DNA of 64,000 nucleotides from an uncultured Pseudomonadota bacterium (GTDB lineage Bacteria; Pseudomonadota; Gammaproteobacteria; DASZBR01): NCBI GenBank assembly GCA_963712965.1, contig CAVQJZ010000003.1, positions 2,878 to 66,877 of the forward strand, read 5' to 3'. Shown piece by piece: positions 22,614 to 33,080 of this stretch (position 1 is its first letter; each line of letters starts with the position of its first letter). The notes under the pieces were generated by a model. It saw only the letters and a program-made list of their open reading frames with translations, ran no database searches and was not told where the DNA came from. The position numbers and the translations under genes were made by a program.

Positions 22614-25600
22614 ATGAAACCAGGCACAGTGCAACGCCCCCATTGGGGTCGGGTGCCCAGCGTAGTAATGATGATTTTGAGTTTGCTCTGGGCGAACCTA
22701 GCGGATGCCGCTCCTATTAATGGAAGCGTGGCAGCGGGCGGTGCTGGCATTACACAAAGTGGAACAACCACCACGATCAATCAAACCACACAAAATGTCG
22801 TGATCAACTGGCAAAGTTTTAATACGACATCTCAAGAAGCCGTACATTTTGTGCAACCTAATTCTGATGCAGCCGCATTAAATAGAATTAACTCTGGATT
22901 ACCTACTCAATTTTTAGGATCACTCACAGCCAATGGTCGTGTCTTTATTGTTAATCCTGCCGGTGTATTTTTTGGTACCTCTTCACGAATTGATGTAGGA
23001 AGTATTTTAGCGACAACGGCTAATATTAGTAATTCCGATTTCATGAATGGTCATTATCATTTTGTGCAAACGCCGGGAAATTTTACAACAGTCATTAATA
23101 ACGGCGAAATAAAAGCACAAGGGTTGGTCGCATTGGTAGCACCTGGTGTTGAAAACAATGGTGTGATCCGAGCTAATTTAGGCAGAGTTGTTTTAGCGTC
23201 GGGGATGGAATACACGCTAGATTTTTATGGAGATCAATTAATTGAATTTGCAACGAATAGCCAAGTCACTCAATCACCTTTAAATAATGCCGTATCAAAC
23301 AATGGTTCAATTTATGCTGATGGTGGACAAGTTTTATTAACGGCAAATATGGCTGCTAATGTTGTTGAAAATGTGATTGATATGCGTGGATTTATTGAAG
23401 CAAAAACAGCAAGTATCGATAAACAAGGTTCAATCATTTTAAGCGGTGGTGCTGAAGGTATTGTAAATGTTTCTGGAAAAATAAAATCAAATACCGTGAA
23501 AGTATTGGGTAATAAAGTGGCATTAACAGATAATGCACAGATTGATGCACCGAATGGTGAAGTATTAATTGGTGATAAAAATACATCCGCTGTTTATATG
23601 AGCCTAACGGCTGTGATTAATGCAGAGAATGGAAAAGTTATTTTATGGAGTAATGATTACACCGGATTTTATGGAGCGATTAATGCATCTGGTGGATTTG
23701 TTGAAACATCAAGCGCTAATAATTTACAAGCATTTGGTTTGGTTAAAGCAGCGCAATGGTTGTTAGATCCGCGTAATGTGAGCATTGTTGCTGCAACAGC
23801 GGGTGGCGCATTTAGCGGAGGCAATCCAGATATTTTTACACCAACAGCAAACAGCGCAACAGTTGATGCTGGCGCTATTAATGCTACTTTAAATTTAGGT
23901 ACAAGCGTCACTATCACAACAGGTACAACAGGTACGCAAGCAGGCAATATTACCGTAACAGATGCGATCAGCAAAACGGCTGGTGGTAATGCCGTATTGA
24001 CATTAACGGCGGCAGGAACAATTACAGTTAATAATACAATTTCAGCAGTAGTAGGTCTTTTAGATGTTATTTTTAGCGCAGGAAATGCAGTGGCAGTTAA
24101 TAGTGCGATTACAACCAATGGTGGTAATTTTTCTAGCACATCGAGCAATGGTGTGACATTGGCAAGCACTATTAATTCAAGTAGTGGCACAGTGATTTTT
24201 GATGTTAATACCGACGGTGCGGGCGCCAATAATTTTGCGATGAATGCAGGAAGTTCGATTACTACAACAAACAGTGGTGCAAGTGCAGTAACCATTAATG
24301 TTAATACAGCCGGTGGTGGTACAGGTACTGCAAGTTTGCTAGATATTACGATAGGTAGTGGTGGAACGTTAACAATTGCCACAGATACAGGCGGTAATGT
24401 AACAGGTGGGGATATTACACAAACAGCAGGAACGTTATTAGATGTTGGTAGCGGTTCTATTTATTTATCTACGGCAACAATTGCAGGTAGAAATATTGGT
24501 ACAGCAGGAGCGCCTATACAAACAACGACAGCAAATTTAACGTTAAGTACAGGTTCAAGTGGTGCATTTGTAGATAATACGAGTGGTGTGACGTTAGGAA
24601 ATGTCACAATTGTTAGTGGGGCTTTAACATTAACAACCGTGGGCAATATTTTGCAGTCTTTCGGTAGTAGTTTAATTATCGGTGGTGTAGCAACATTGGT
24701 TGCGGGTGCTACCAATGATATTACATTAAATAATGCGAGCAATGATTTTGCAACAGCAACCATTACTAGCGCACAAGATGTTTTATTAAATGATAGTAAT
24801 GCATTAATTCTTGGAACTTCAACGATCAGTGGAATATTGGATGTCGTCGTTAGTGGTGCTTTAACAGACAGTGGTAATTTGATTGTTGCGGGGTTGACGA
24901 CATTAAGCGCAGGCAGTGCGAATGACATTACGTTAAATAATGCTAATAATTTTAGTACAGTAAAAGTTATTAGCGGGAATAATGTAGCATTAAATGATAT
25001 CAACGCATTAATTTTTGATGCGTCAACGATCGGTAATAATTTAACGGTTACTACCGCAGGTGATATCACTCAAGTTGGCGCATTAATTGTCAGTGGTATT
25101 GCGACTTTTACAGCAGGTGCTACACATGACATTACCTTAAGCGGAGCTAATAATTTCAATATATTTCGTGTGGTTTCTGGTCGAGATGTGATTGTAAATG
25201 ATATTAATGCACTAGATTTTGGTGCTTCAACAATTAGTGGCACATTAGATGCAACATCGAGTGGTGATATAACAGACAGTGGTAATCTCACGGTTACGGG
25301 TGTCGCAACATTTGCACCCGGTGCGGCAAATAATATTATATTAAATAATACTAATAATTTTAGTACAGTGAGCATCACGAGTGCGAATAATGTAACGTTA
25401 AATGATACAAACGCATTAATTTTAGGTGCGTCTACTGTTGGTGGTACGTTAGATGTTACGACAGGCGGCGCCATTACCGACAGTGGTGATTTGCATATCA
25501 CGGGTTTAGCGACATTCACAACTACCAATGATGATATTACATTAAATAATCTCAATGATTTCAGTAGTGTAGATATTACTAATGCCAATGATGTCACGTT

Positions 25601-27842
25601 AAATGACATTAATGCCTTGAATCTTGCTGGTATTATTGCCACAGGTGCATTAAATATCACTACAGCAGGTGCAATGACACAAAGTGGTGTATTAACTATT
25701 TCGGGTACAACATCATTAACAGCGGGTGCTGCTAATAATATTACATTAGATAACAGCGCGAATAATTTTGGTAATGTCAACATTGTCAGCGGTAACAATG
25801 TGACATTAGCAGATGTGAATGGGCTCGCTTTTGCTGGCGGTGCCTCAACCATTAGTGGTGATTTAAGTGTTGCTATCAATGGTGCATTAACGGATGCCAG
25901 TAGTATTACGGTCAGTGGATTAACGACACTGGATGTTGGCAGTGCGAATGACATTACGTTAAATAATGCTAATAATTTTAGTACAGTAAAAATTATTAGC
26001 GGGAATAATGTAACACTAAATGATATCAACGCATTAATTTTTGATGTGTCAACGATCGGTAATAATTTAACGGTTACTACCGCAGGTGATATCACTCAAG
26101 TTGGCGCATTAATTGTCAGTGGTATTGCGACTTTTACAGCAGGTGCTACACATGACATTACCTTAAGCGGAGCCAATAATTTCAATATATTTCGTGTGGT
26201 TTCTGGTCGAGATGTGATTGTAAATGATATTAATGCACTAGATTTTGGTGCTTCAACAATTAGTGGCACATTAGATGCAACATCGAGTGGTGATATAACA
26301 GACAGTGGTAATCTCACGGTTACGGGTGTCGCAACATTTGCACCCGGTGCGGCAAATAATATTATATTAAATAATACTAATAATTTTAGTACAGTGAGCA
26401 TCACGAGTGCGAATAATGTAACGTTAAATGATACAAACGCATTAATTTTAGGTGCGTCTACTGTTGGTGGTACGTTAGATGTTACGACAGGCGGCGCCAT
26501 TACCGACAGTGGTGATTTGCATATCACGGGTTTAGCGACATTCACAACTACCAATGATGATATTACATTAAATAATCTCAATGATTTCAGTAGTGTAGAT
26601 ATTACTAATGCCAATGATGTCACGTTAAATGACATTAATGCCTTGAATCTTGCTGGTATTATTGCCACAGGTGCATTAAATATCACTACAGCAGGTGCAA
26701 TGACACAAAGTGGTGTATTAACTATTTCGGGTACAACATCATTAACAGCGGGTGCTGCTAATAATATTACATTAGATAACAGCGCGAATAATTTTGGTAA
26801 TGTCAACATTGTCAGCGGTAACAATGTGACATTAGCAGATGTGAATGGGCTCGCTTTTGCTGGCGGTGCCTCAACCATTAGTGGTGATTTAAGTGTTGCT
26901 ATCAATGGTGCATTAACGGATGCCAGTAGTATTACGGTCAGTGGATTAACGACACTGGATGTTGGCAGTGCGAATAATATTACACTTAATACCGCTGCTA
27001 ATAATTTCAATAGCATTCATATTATCAGCGCCAATAATGTCATATTAGTTGATAGTAATGCATTAGTTTTTGGTGGTGGTGTATCTACTATTAATGGAAC
27101 ATTGACTGTTACTACAGGTGGTGCGTTAACACAAACCGCTGCATTGAATGTTATTGGTCTAGCGACATTTAATGCGAGCGCCGCTAATACGGATATATTA
27201 TTGCATACACAAGCAAATGATTTTGCTGGCGGCATTACTTTTGGTGGAACATTAAGCAATATTCGTGATGTAGGTTTGCGTAATATTAATGGTAGTGCAA
27301 CATTGCCAATATTATCTGGTTTGACCAATTTAAGAAATCTCACGTTGATTTTTAATAATGCGGCTATTGCATTACCTGCAACGACAATCACTGGTAATTT
27401 GTCCATCACCGCAAATCTTATTTCAGGAATTTTAAATGGCCAAAATGTTTTTCTAAATGGAACTAATGGCATTACCGGTAATGTGATTGCTAATTTATTA
27501 ACATTAGGTGGGCAAAATGGTTCTAATTTAACAGGTGTATTAAGTGGGTATACGAATATTAGCGTATTAAAATATATTACACTTTTGTCTGATGCGCATG
27601 GTACATTTTTCTTTAACGGATTTTTAGTTACGCCAGGAATTAATTTGCAAACTGTCGGAGAAATTTTATCGCTCTGGTGGAGTGCGCAAGATGTTGTGAA
27701 TAATAATGGTATGAATTTGAACTTTGATAATAACGCGCTAGAGAACAGTATTACCGCTGTATGGGCTAGCCAACTTTCTAGTGGTCTCGTCTGTGTGTCA
27801 GGAAGGGATGATCAAAGTAAACAGCAATGTGCACTATTGTAA
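22614..27842 (+). CDS. TpsA-family exoprotein, 1742 aa: signal peptide + TPS domain + long beta-helix, no MBG modules, Cys-pair tail
   Basis: GAGG lies about 7 nt upstream of the ATG. The N-terminal ~300 aa are collinear with gene 2 (ITQSGTTTTINQTTQNVVINWQSFNT, AAALNRINSGLPTQFLG, NGRVFIVNPAGVFFG, GGFVETS, WLLDPRNVSI). Then ~68-aa periods follow (ITLNNANNFSTV.I.SGNNV.LNDINAL.F..STI...L.V...G.IT..G.L.V.G..T..AG...D). Confidence 0.9.
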   Translation: MKPGTVQRPHWGRVPSVVMMILSLLWANLADAAPINGSVAAGGAGITQSGTTTTINQTTQNVVINWQSFNTTSQEAVHFVQPNSDAAALNRINSGLPTQFLGSLTANGRVFIVNPAGVFFGTSSRIDVGSILATTANISNSDFMNGHYHFVQTPGNFTTVINNGEIKAQGLVALVAPGVENNGVIRANLGRVVLASGMEYTLDFYGDQLIEFATNSQVTQSPLNNAVSNNGSIYADGGQVLLTANMAANVVENVIDMRGFIEAKTASIDKQGSIILSGGAEGIVNVSGKIKSNTVKVLGNKVALTDNAQIDAPNGEVLIGDKNTSAVYMSLTAVINAENGKVILWSNDYTGFYGAINASGGFVETSSANNLQAFGLVKAAQWLLDPRNVSIVAATAGGAFSGGNPDIFTPTANSATVDAGAINATLNLGTSVTITTGTTGTQAGNITVTDAISKTAGGNAVLTLTAAGTITVNNTISAVVGLLDVIFSAGNAVAVNSAITTNGGNFSSTSSNGVTLASTINSSSGTVIFDVNTDGAGANNFAMNAGSSITTTNSGASAVTINVNTAGGGTGTASLLDITIGSGGTLTIATDTGGNVTGGDITQTAGTLLDVGSGSIYLSTATIAGRNIGTAGAPIQTTTANLTLSTGSSGAFVDNTSGVTLGNVTIVSGALTLTTVGNILQSFGSSLIIGGVATLVAGATNDITLNNASNDFATATITSAQDVLLNDSNALILGTSTISGILDVVVSGALTDSGNLIVAGLTTLSAGSANDITLNNANNFSTVKVISGNNVALNDINALIFDASTIGNNLTVTTAGDITQVGALIVSGIATFTAGATHDITLSGANNFNIFRVVSGRDVIVNDINALDFGASTISGTLDATSSGDITDSGNLTVTGVATFAPGAANNIILNNTNNFSTVSITSANNVTLNDTNALILGASTVGGTLDVTTGGAITDSGDLHITGLATFTTTNDDITLNNLNDFSSVDITNANDVTLNDINALNLAGIIATGALNITTAGAMTQSGVLTISGTTSLTAGAANNITLDNSANNFGNVNIVSGNNVTLADVNGLAFAGGASTISGDLSVAINGALTDASSITVSGLTTLDVGSANDITLNNANNFSTVKIISGNNVTLNDINALIFDVSTIGNNLTVTTAGDITQVGALIVSGIATFTAGATHDITLSGANNFNIFRVVSGRDVIVNDINALDFGASTISGTLDATSSGDITDSGNLTVTGVATFAPGAANNIILNNTNNFSTVSITSANNVTLNDTNALILGASTVGGTLDVTTGGAITDSGDLHITGLATFTTTNDDITLNNLNDFSSVDITNANDVTLNDINALNLAGIIATGALNITTAGAMTQSGVLTISGTTSLTAGAANNITLDNSANNFGNVNIVSGNNVTLADVNGLAFAGGASTISGDLSVAINGALTDASSITVSGLTTLDVGSANNITLNTAANNFNSIHIISANNVILVDSNALVFGGGVSTINGTLTVTTGGALTQTAALNVIGLATFNASAANTDILLHTQANDFAGGITFGGTLSNIRDVGLRNINGSATLPILSGLTNLRNLTLIFNNAAIALPATTITGNLSITANLISGILNGQNVFLNGTNGITGNVIANLLTLGGQNGSNLTGVLSGYTNISVLKYITLLSDAHGTFFFNGFLVTPGINLQTVGEILSLWWSAQDVVNNNGMNLNFDNNALENSITAVWASQLSSGLVCVSGRDDQSKQQCALL
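24915..26966 (+). repeat. Near-perfect 2 x 1026-bp tandem duplication (342 codons, 5 beta-helix super-periods each) inside gene 3
   Basis: agtgcgaatgacattacg starts at 24915 and 25941, and the third boundary (agtgcgaataat..) is at 26967. From about 25050 onward I found one mismatch by eye (gagctaataat vs gagccaataat). The first ~130 bp carry a few more differences. Confidence 0.9.
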
Positions 27843-27961
27843 TTTACTTTATACGCATCCCTTCCTGCGCACTTTTTTTAATCACAATATGTTAAAACGC
27901 ATTATAGATATGATAGGTTCTAATTTTGTAGAGATAGATTAATTCAACCAGGAGATTGTTC

Positions 27962-28804
27962 ATGGCTAAGCCAACGCATGCTTATGTGATTGTTTATTTT
28001 AAAGATCAAAATGGAGCAATTAAAATAATTAGTGGTCGAGAGCAAGCTGTTTTTAAAAAGGGTTTGGGTCAATTAAGAAATGTAGATCACCGAGTCGCTG
28101 ATGTTATTATATCCAAAGAAGTATTGCTTGATGCCAATGGTGCAAATGAAACATTTAGAATAAACCGTAATCTTTCTGGCGTTTTACTTATCGGACGTAC
28201 AGCATTGCCTGGTGGAAAGCGTGAAGGTAAAGAAACTATTGAAGAGGCGGCAATAAGAGAGCTAAGGGAAGAGTTTAAATTAAATGGAATTGGCAGCACT
28301 GAGCTTAACTTTTTAGTACAAAAAAGTTTTGATACTAAACGATGTGAAAATTATTATATGCTTGATGTAACCAAGCATCTTCCTGATCCGCAAGCATTTG
28401 TTGGGAAGTTTAATCGTAATCCATCTGCTGAAAAACGCGAGTTAGAAATTATCACCGTCAATGAATTGATCACAAGACTAGAAACGCCTGATCAAAAAGA
28501 TAAAGAATTTATTGAAGCGGAAATGGCAAAATTAGTTAAGGATTTCTGTGATGGATTGGCAAGATCAACAAGAAAAACAATTGATGCTGGCGCAAGAGCA
28601 AAATTGAAAGATGATCTTGTGCAATATCAATTGGGCAGGAAATTTACACACCCTGAAGCAGCAAGAGATTTTAAAGCTACATTTGTTGATGCGCCATTAA
28701 GTGGTTTGTTAGATCAAACATTATTAAGTCCGCCAGCACAACAAAATGCTGGGCCTACTTTACTTTCATCCCCGGTTGCGCACCATCGTCTGGAGCAAGG
28801 ATAA
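27962..28804 (+). CDS. Nudix-hydrolase-domain protein with C-terminal extension
   Basis: Nudix-box-like [24 protein letters not shown] (G-x5-E-x7-RE-L-x-EE). AGGAGA lies 6 nt upstream of ATG 27962, whereas the ORF-track start 27956 is TTG. The 3' end overlaps the metG 3' end by 50 nt (convergent), so the true C-terminus is uncertain. Confidence 0.65.
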   Translation: MAKPTHAYVIVYFKDQNGAIKIISGREQAVFKKGLGQLRNVDHRVADVIISKEVLLDANGANETFRINRNLSGVLLIGRTALPGGKREGKETIEEAAIRELREEFKLNGIGSTELNFLVQKSFDTKRCENYYMLDVTKHLPDPQAFVGKFNRNPSAEKRELEIITVNELITRLETPDQKDKEFIEAEMAKLVKDFCDGLARSTRKTIDAGARAKLKDDLVQYQLGRKFTHPEAARDFKATFVDAPLSGLLDQTLLSPPAQQNAGPTLLSSPVAHHRLEQG

Positions 28805-30830
28805 AAATACCGCCGCCTTCTGGAAAACTTGCCGCTAATACCATGCCTTCTGACATGCCAAAACGCATTTTGCGTGGTGCAAGGTTGGCAACCATCACGG
28901 TTAATTTGCCGATTAATTGTTCTGGCGAGTAAGCCGATTTAATTCCTGCAAATACTTGGCGTTGTTCGTTGCCAATATCAAGCGTTAATTTTAATAATTT
29001 ATCGGCGCCTTCAACGTGTTCGGCGTTTACAATACGCGCAATGCGCAAATCAATTTTGGCGAAGTCTTCAATGGATATTTCAGGTTGTAGGGGCACACTG
29101 TGTGTGCCCGTAATGCGTATGTCCTCTGGTGATTCTGGACACGCGCCGCGTGTCCTTACGGAATTATCTGTCATTTGTGTATTCTCCTTGCTGGCATCAC
29201 GCAAAGCATTAATTTGCTCTAACGTAATGCGTTGTAATAAGGGTTGAAATGTTTTAATGCGATGATTTACTAATGGATTTTCGCGATCTTGCCAAGTTAA
29301 TGCAGGAATATCGAAAAATGTTTCTACTTGTTCGGCAAGTGTTGGCAAAATAGGTTTTAGATACGTCATGAGCAATAAGAATAAATTTAAACCCACGCTG
29401 CAAATTTCTTGTACAAATGTTTCATTGCCTGGTTGTTTTAATAAAGCCCATGGTTTTTGTTCGTCAATATATTGATTGGCGCGATCAGCGAGTTCCATAA
29501 TTTGACGTACGGCTTTATGGTATTCGCGATTTTCATATAGCTCAGCAATAGTATCGCCCGCTGCAACAAATTCATTGAATAATTCAGGCGCAATACATTC
29601 TTCCGATAAACGATTCTCAAAATGTTTATTAATAAACATGGCGCAGCGGCTAGCAATGTTCACCACTTTGCCGACCAAATCAGAATTCACGCGCGCGAGA
29701 AAATCATCTAAATTTAAATCAATATCTTCAACAGAAGAGGTTAGCTTGGCAGCAAAATAATAACGTAAGTATTCGCTAGGCAAATGATTTAAATAAGTAC
29801 GTACTTTAATAAACGTACCACGTGATTTGGACATCTTATGACCATCAATGGTTAAAAATCCGTGCACGAAAACATTTGATGGCAAACGAAAATCAGCAGC
29901 CATTAAAACAGCTGGCCAAAAAAGTGTGTGGAAATACATCACATCTTTGCCGACAAAATGATAAAGCTCCGTGTTACTGTTGGGCTGCCAAAAGTGAGCG
30001 AAATCTAGATTGCTCTGTTGATCACATAACTGTTTAAAAATGGCCATGTAACCAATCGGTGCATCTAGCCATACATAAAAATATTTATCTTTTTCGCCGG
30101 GAATTTCAAAACCAAAGTAGGGTGCATCACGCGTGATATCCCATTGTTGTAAACCGCTTTCAAACCATTCATTTAATTTATTAATGACTTCAGGTTGCAA
30201 ATTTTCGATTTGCATCCACTCAACTAACGCGCCTTCAAATTTAGGTAAATCAAAGAAAAAGTGTTCCGTGGTTTTGACTTCGGGTGTTGCGCCTGAGATA
30301 GCTGAAAAAGGATTTTTTAATTCGGTGGGGTTGTAGGTGGCGCCACATACTTCACAATTATCACCGTATTGATCTTCAGCGTTACACTTAGGACATTGGC
30401 CTTTAATAAAACGATCTGGCAAAAACATTTTTGCTTGCGGGTCATATAATTGTTCGATAGTGCGTGTAGCGATAGCATTGTTGTCTTTTAATTTACGATA
30501 AATCATTTCAGCGAAGCGACGATTTTCATCAGTGTGTGTGGTGCTAAAAATATCAAAACTAATATTAAAGTCGCCATAATCTTTCACACGTTCAATATGT
30601 GTTTTCTTAATGAGTTCTTCGGGCGTGATATTTTCTTTTTTAGCGCTTAACATGATGGGTGTACCATGGGCATCATCACCACAGATAAAATAACAGGCAT
30701 GTCCGCACATTTTTTGAAAGCGAACCCAGATATCTGCTTGAACTGCTTCGACCATATGACCTAAGTGCATGGGGCCATTAGCATAGGGGAGTGAGATCGT
30801 CGTGAGTATTTGTCTTGAAGCCTTGCTCAT
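28755..30830 (-). CDS. metG: Methionyl-tRNA synthetase
   Basis: Class I motifs [11 protein letters not shown] (HIGH) and KMSKS, a Zn-knuckle region (CPKC..CEVCG), and a C-terminal tRNA-binding domain (..[18 protein letters not shown]..). Confidence 0.97.
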   Translation of the reverse strand: MSKASRQILTTISLPYANGPMHLGHMVEAVQADIWVRFQKMCGHACYFICGDDAHGTPIMLSAKKENITPEELIKKTHIERVKDYGDFNISFDIFSTTHTDENRRFAEMIYRKLKDNNAIATRTIEQLYDPQAKMFLPDRFIKGQCPKCNAEDQYGDNCEVCGATYNPTELKNPFSAISGATPEVKTTEHFFFDLPKFEGALVEWMQIENLQPEVINKLNEWFESGLQQWDITRDAPYFGFEIPGEKDKYFYVWLDAPIGYMAIFKQLCDQQSNLDFAHFWQPNSNTELYHFVGKDVMYFHTLFWPAVLMAADFRLPSNVFVHGFLTIDGHKMSKSRGTFIKVRTYLNHLPSEYLRYYFAAKLTSSVEDIDLNLDDFLARVNSDLVGKVVNIASRCAMFINKHFENRLSEECIAPELFNEFVAAGDTIAELYENREYHKAVRQIMELADRANQYIDEQKPWALLKQPGNETFVQEICSVGLNLFLLLMTYLKPILPTLAEQVETFFDIPALTWQDRENPLVNHRIKTFQPLLQRITLEQINALRDASKENTQMTDNSVRTRGACPESPEDIRITGTHSVPLQPEISIEDFAKIDLRIARIVNAEHVEGADKLLKLTLDIGNEQRQVFAGIKSAYSPEQLIGKLTVMVANLAPRKMRFGMSEGMVLAASFPEGGGIFILAPDDGAQPGMKVK

Positions 30831-30990
30831 ATCAATGAATCCTTGGTTCCATTTAACTTATATCTAAAAGAAAACTTATATATATAAGCTTTAATTTTTG
30901 CAATATAAAATTGCTTTACGGATTCACTTTTTTTGTTTATAAAAAGCTCACAGAATTTTTTTAAAAGTAAATTCAACGAGGGATTGTGAA

Positions 30991-32019
30991 ATGGTTGTAG
31001 CTGCAACATTCCAGGAAAAAATTCAGGAAAAATTTCGGGTTTATTCAGAAAATAAAAAGAATACGTCTTCTGCAGCTAAAAGTGCAGGAGAAATTCCATC
31101 GAATGTCGGCTTTGCTTTTTTTTCACTGACGCAATTTTTTGCGCACTTTCTTACTTTTTCTCATATGATATTTCCTCCCGTTGGTGCCAGTTTGGCGTGG
31201 CTTGGTGTGAGTGTAAATTTTCTTGGGCTCTCTCGTCTTATATGGAACAAAGGTCTTTTCAATCGCGAAACGGGTAGCGCATTTGCAAGTTTGCTTTTGG
31301 GGGTTGGTCGCGCGTTACTTTTGACGCTTGCAGCAATTCTTCCTTATGTGTTAGCAGGTACCTTGGCTGGCGTATTAGCGCCATTTTTGGTCATTGGCGC
31401 GGCGGCATTGACAGCAGTGGCTTCTCTTGCGCTTGCCGCATGGCATGGTTGGCAGGCAGTGAAATACTTAATGCTTAAAAATAAGCCCATGGCAAAAGAA
31501 CACTTTGGAAAAACAATTGATTACATCGTTTATGCTTTTGGCGGTGTGTTAACAGCGCTTGCATTGGCTACGATTATGGTTGGATTACCACATATTTCAC
31601 TGATGCTTTCTTTAGTTCTTTCGGTTTTTACTGCAGTTTCTCTTTCGCTAGTTGTTTGTGCTTATTCCGCAGCCAGAATATTGTTTGATGTTTTGACAAC
31701 GGATATTGACATTAAAAAATCTCCAGCAACTGACGAACCTTCGGCAACTCCTGGACCTCAACACCAGTTTAAGCAAAAAGAACTTCCACTTAATGAAACT
31801 TCTCCATCTCAGATTTGGATGAAAGATATGGTAGTAAAAAAGATAAAAGACGCTTGCTCCTATTTTTTTTCATCCCCCGCGATTTTGCCAAAAAAGCCCA
31901 CACAACAACCTTCATCTTCTTCAGACAAAAAGCTACAACAGCCATCAGCCACGGGAAAACCATTTTCGTATATTAATAACAATGAGAGTTCGGTTTCAGC
32001 GTTGAAAAAAAATAGGTAA
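30991..32019 (+). CDS. Multi-pass membrane protein with two ~50-aa hydrophobic blocks and an S/P/Q-rich tail; paralog of 33081-34091
   Basis: GAGGGA is upstream of the ATG. Collinear matches to the paralog: FPPVGASLAW/FPVAGATAW, LAPFLVIGAAALTAV..LAAWHGWQAVKY/LVPALFISAVALSGI..MAAWNFGQATKH, ARILFDVLTTDI/GRTVIDIATTKV. Confidence 0.7.
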   Translation: MVVAATFQEKIQEKFRVYSENKKNTSSAAKSAGEIPSNVGFAFFSLTQFFAHFLTFSHMIFPPVGASLAWLGVSVNFLGLSRLIWNKGLFNRETGSAFASLLLGVGRALLLTLAAILPYVLAGTLAGVLAPFLVIGAAALTAVASLALAAWHGWQAVKYLMLKNKPMAKEHFGKTIDYIVYAFGGVLTALALATIMVGLPHISLMLSLVLSVFTAVSLSLVVCAYSAARILFDVLTTDIDIKKSPATDEPSATPGPQHQFKQKELPLNETSPSQIWMKDMVVKKIKDACSYFFSSPAILPKKPTQQPSSSSDKKLQQPSATGKPFSYINNNESSVSALKKNR

Positions 32020-32034
32020 TTACTTCTGCATTAC

Positions 32035-32928
32035 TTAATAATTATTAATCTTTTTCAAAATAAATTCTTTAAACAGTAAAATTTTCGGTTCAATATAGCG
32101 TTGTTTTTTGTACAGCATAAAGCGTGGTGAGGGTTCTTTGTCTAGATAACTCATAATAGGGATAAGTTTTTTATCTTGCACGAATTCTTTAGAGAAAAAA
32201 TCGAGAGTTTGAATAATGCCAATACCGGCAAGTCCGCATTCTACGATAGAGTTTGTATTGTTTATTTTAATGACGCGTTTGAAAGCAATATTTTGTTTTT
32301 TCATCTCAGTTTCTAATGAATTAATCAATTTCATGTGGTGTGTGACATAGCAGTGTTCGCTGAGATCTTGAATCGTTTTTGGTGTGTCAAATTTTTTAAG
32401 GTAACTCGGCGCGGCACAAACAATGCGTCGTGCACTATAGATAGGGACGGCAACAGCGCTCGCTTGTTCTTTTAATTGTTGTAAATATTCCAGACTAACA
32501 CCAAAAATTATATCGATATTATTTTCAAACGATGGTGTGCGATCTTCTAATAGCAAATCAACACAAATATTAGGATAGCGTTCTAGAAATTCTTTTAAAT
32601 AGGGCAATAAAAATTTTTCACCAGCGGCAACCAACGCGCTAATGCGTAATTTGCCAGAGGGTTCGCTATTAAGCGATGCGGAAAATTGTTTGATTTCGTC
32701 AATGCAGTCGAGTGCTTCAACGGCTTTGTCGTAAATGATTTTGCCTAATTCGGTGATTTCTAAGTGGCGCGTTGTCCGTTTTAATAGCGTTACGCCTAAG
32801 CTTTTTTCCAATTGATCGAGTTGTTTGCTCACGGCTGTGGCAGAAATGCCTAGTTTATTGCCTGCTCTAGTAAAACTACCGGTATTCACGACGAGAACAA
32901 AAGTGCTTAATTGCGGTAGGTCGTTCAT
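32035..32928 (-). CDS. LysR-family transcriptional regulator
   Basis: N-terminal wHTH: LSTFVLVVNTGSFTRAGNKLGISATAVSKQLDQLEKSLGVTLLKRTTRHLEITELG. Length of 297 aa is typical of LTTRs. It is divergent from 33081-34091. Confidence 0.9.
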   Translation of the reverse strand: MNDLPQLSTFVLVVNTGSFTRAGNKLGISATAVSKQLDQLEKSLGVTLLKRTTRHLEITELGKIIYDKAVEALDCIDEIKQFSASLNSEPSGKLRISALVAAGEKFLLPYLKEFLERYPNICVDLLLEDRTPSFENNIDIIFGVSLEYLQQLKEQASAVAVPIYSARRIVCAAPSYLKKFDTPKTIQDLSEHCYVTHHMKLINSLETEMKKQNIAFKRVIKINNTNSIVECGLAGIGIIQTLDFFSKEFVQDKKLIPIMSYLDKEPSPRFMLYKKQRYIEPKILLFKEFILKKINNY

Positions 32929-33010
32929 TCTTAACCTCAGGTTGAAAGTGTTTTAAATCCAGGGTCATTGCTCATTCTAGCGCGGGTTACTATAGTACAC
33001 CCCGCAATGA

Positions 33011-33043
33011 CTTAATAAAACCTTAAGGTTTTGCTGCTAAAGT
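33011..33043 (+). promoter_or_regulatory. Box copy 1: CTTAATAAAAC-CTTAAGGTTTT + 5 nt + TAAAGT (PmrA-like tandem site plus -10 candidate)
   Basis: cttaataaaaccttaaggtttt (33011-33032), gctgc, taaagt (33038-33043). ATG 33081 lies 38 nt downstream. The layout matches the four other copies. Confidence 0.5.
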
Positions 33044-33080
33044 GACCCTATGATCAATGCCAACAAAAGGAATCATCGCT

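Noticed and set aside
10757-27472. Many long antisense ORFs over the repeat genes (e.g. 11112-11744, 12117-13025, 23669-24382, 24461-25069, 25070-26095, 26096-27016, 27017-27472, all minus strand)
   Set aside because: They mirror the sense-strand repeat structure and have implausible compositions (P/V/A/L-rich shadows of N/G/T/A codons). They lack SD sequences and exist only because the biased codon usage of the sense frame removes stop codons on the opposite strand. The duplicated pair 25070-26095 / 26096-27016 simply reflects the 1026-bp duplication.
28755-28804. 50-nt convergent overlap between the Nudix ORF and the metG 3' end
   Set aside because: Most likely this just reflects an unconstrained Nudix C-terminal extension reading into metG, or a slightly earlier true stop through sequence error. 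There is no sign of a functional antisense arrangement.
30875-30888. Perfect 14-bp AT palindrome cttatatatataag (and gcaat-ataaa-attgc nearby) in the metG / 30991 divergent promoter region
   Set aside because: Alternating-AT palindromes are expected by chance in AT-rich promoter DNA and overlap -10-like sequences. No second copy was seen.
32933-32943. Palindrome AACCT-C-AGGTT just upstream of the LysR start, sharing half-sites with the AAACCTTAAGGTTT core of the box
   Set aside because: It overlaps the LysR Shine-Dalgarno (GAGG on the coding strand), is short, and occurs once. I cannot distinguish it from coincidence. It remains a possible alternative hypothesis (the LysR protein as box binder), testable by EMSA.
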